Origin: Raillietiella orientalis
Taxonomy: Eukaryota
Length of the DNA stretch: 64,000 bases
Assembly (NCBI GenBank): GCA_036172245.1
Contig: JAYWIR010000053.1
Span: 868,001-932,000, forward strand
Direction: 5' to 3'
Below the pieces are notes generated by a model. It did no database searches. It saw only the letters and a list, made by a program, of their open reading frames with translations, and was not told where the DNA came from. Every line of letters starts with the position of its first letter. Positions within the stretch are counted from its first letter, which is position 1. Both the position numbers and the translations under genes were made by a program. Positions 63,488 through 64,000 of this stretch are shown piece after piece.

Positions 63488-64000
63488 CATGGGGTTCACG
63501 ATCTCCTCCTGGCAGTCGACGCGCAGCTTCGCCTTGGACTGGACTCATTTAGAAGACATACGGGTACTCGGTGACGACCACGTTAGCGCCGCCCTCAGAC
63601 TCTGGGCGACGATCAGGTCTGTCAGCTTGAACCTCGGTCTGCTGCGGTCGGTAGGTAGGTCCTCGTCTCGTCGGAGCACAGGTTCAGCAGCCCTTTCTTG
63701 ATGAAGTTCATCAGCTTCTGCCGCTCCAGCTTCTCGTCGATGGACAGCATCGTGCCGAGCACCTTCACGCTCACCACGAGGACCCGGAGGACCCTGTGCA
63801 GGTCCAAGGCGACACCTCCGCTCTGAGGATCATTGTCCTGACCTTCTCGATCTTCCTCTTTGCCTGCAGGAACTCCGTCACCGTCATCCTCATGGTCTTC
63901 GGCACTGAGAAGTTCTCTTGGGGGTTGCCCTTGAGCTTGGAATTCCTCTGAGGCTAGCTTGGGGTCAGGTACGCTAAGGACCGCGAGACCTTCTTCTCCT
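63488..64000 (-). pseudogene. Probable upstream part of the same ORF1, running off the window edge
   Basis: GC3-rich frameshifted coding text (MTVTEFLQAKRKIEKVR / LSIDEKLERQKLMNFIKKGLL / AKLRVDCQEEIVNPMK) that joins in frame to 62169-62367 if the intervening DNA is removed. Confidence 0.45.

Overview
Eukaryotic, repeat-saturated intergenic DNA of roughly balanced GC. It is probably from a plant or other streptophyte, inferred from plant-type L1 ORF1/zf-RVT-like motifs. I found no intact host gene, rRNA, genuine tRNA or CRISPR array. Most of the window is a graveyard of non-LTR retrotransposons. One comparatively young but disabled L1/Tx1-type LINE (58.5-62.4 kb, minus) has clear APE endonuclease, RT (YADD) and C-terminal CCHC motifs. 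A second GC-rich LINE lineage appears as five fragments; three share the same disabling mutations, suggesting a non-autonomous derivative. About 20 much older L1 remnants are recognisable only from scattered motifs across frames, so their boundaries are approximate. About ten copies of a ~700-bp tRNA-derived SINE-like element are interspersed, with a variable internal array of ~40-bp units carrying C(UUCG)G-type hairpins. Other structure: four near-perfect 16-21-bp fold-back hairpins, a 37-bp palindromic minisatellite, a dispersed repeat with a 17-bp array and an AT-rich motif island. All identities and alignments were judged by eye.
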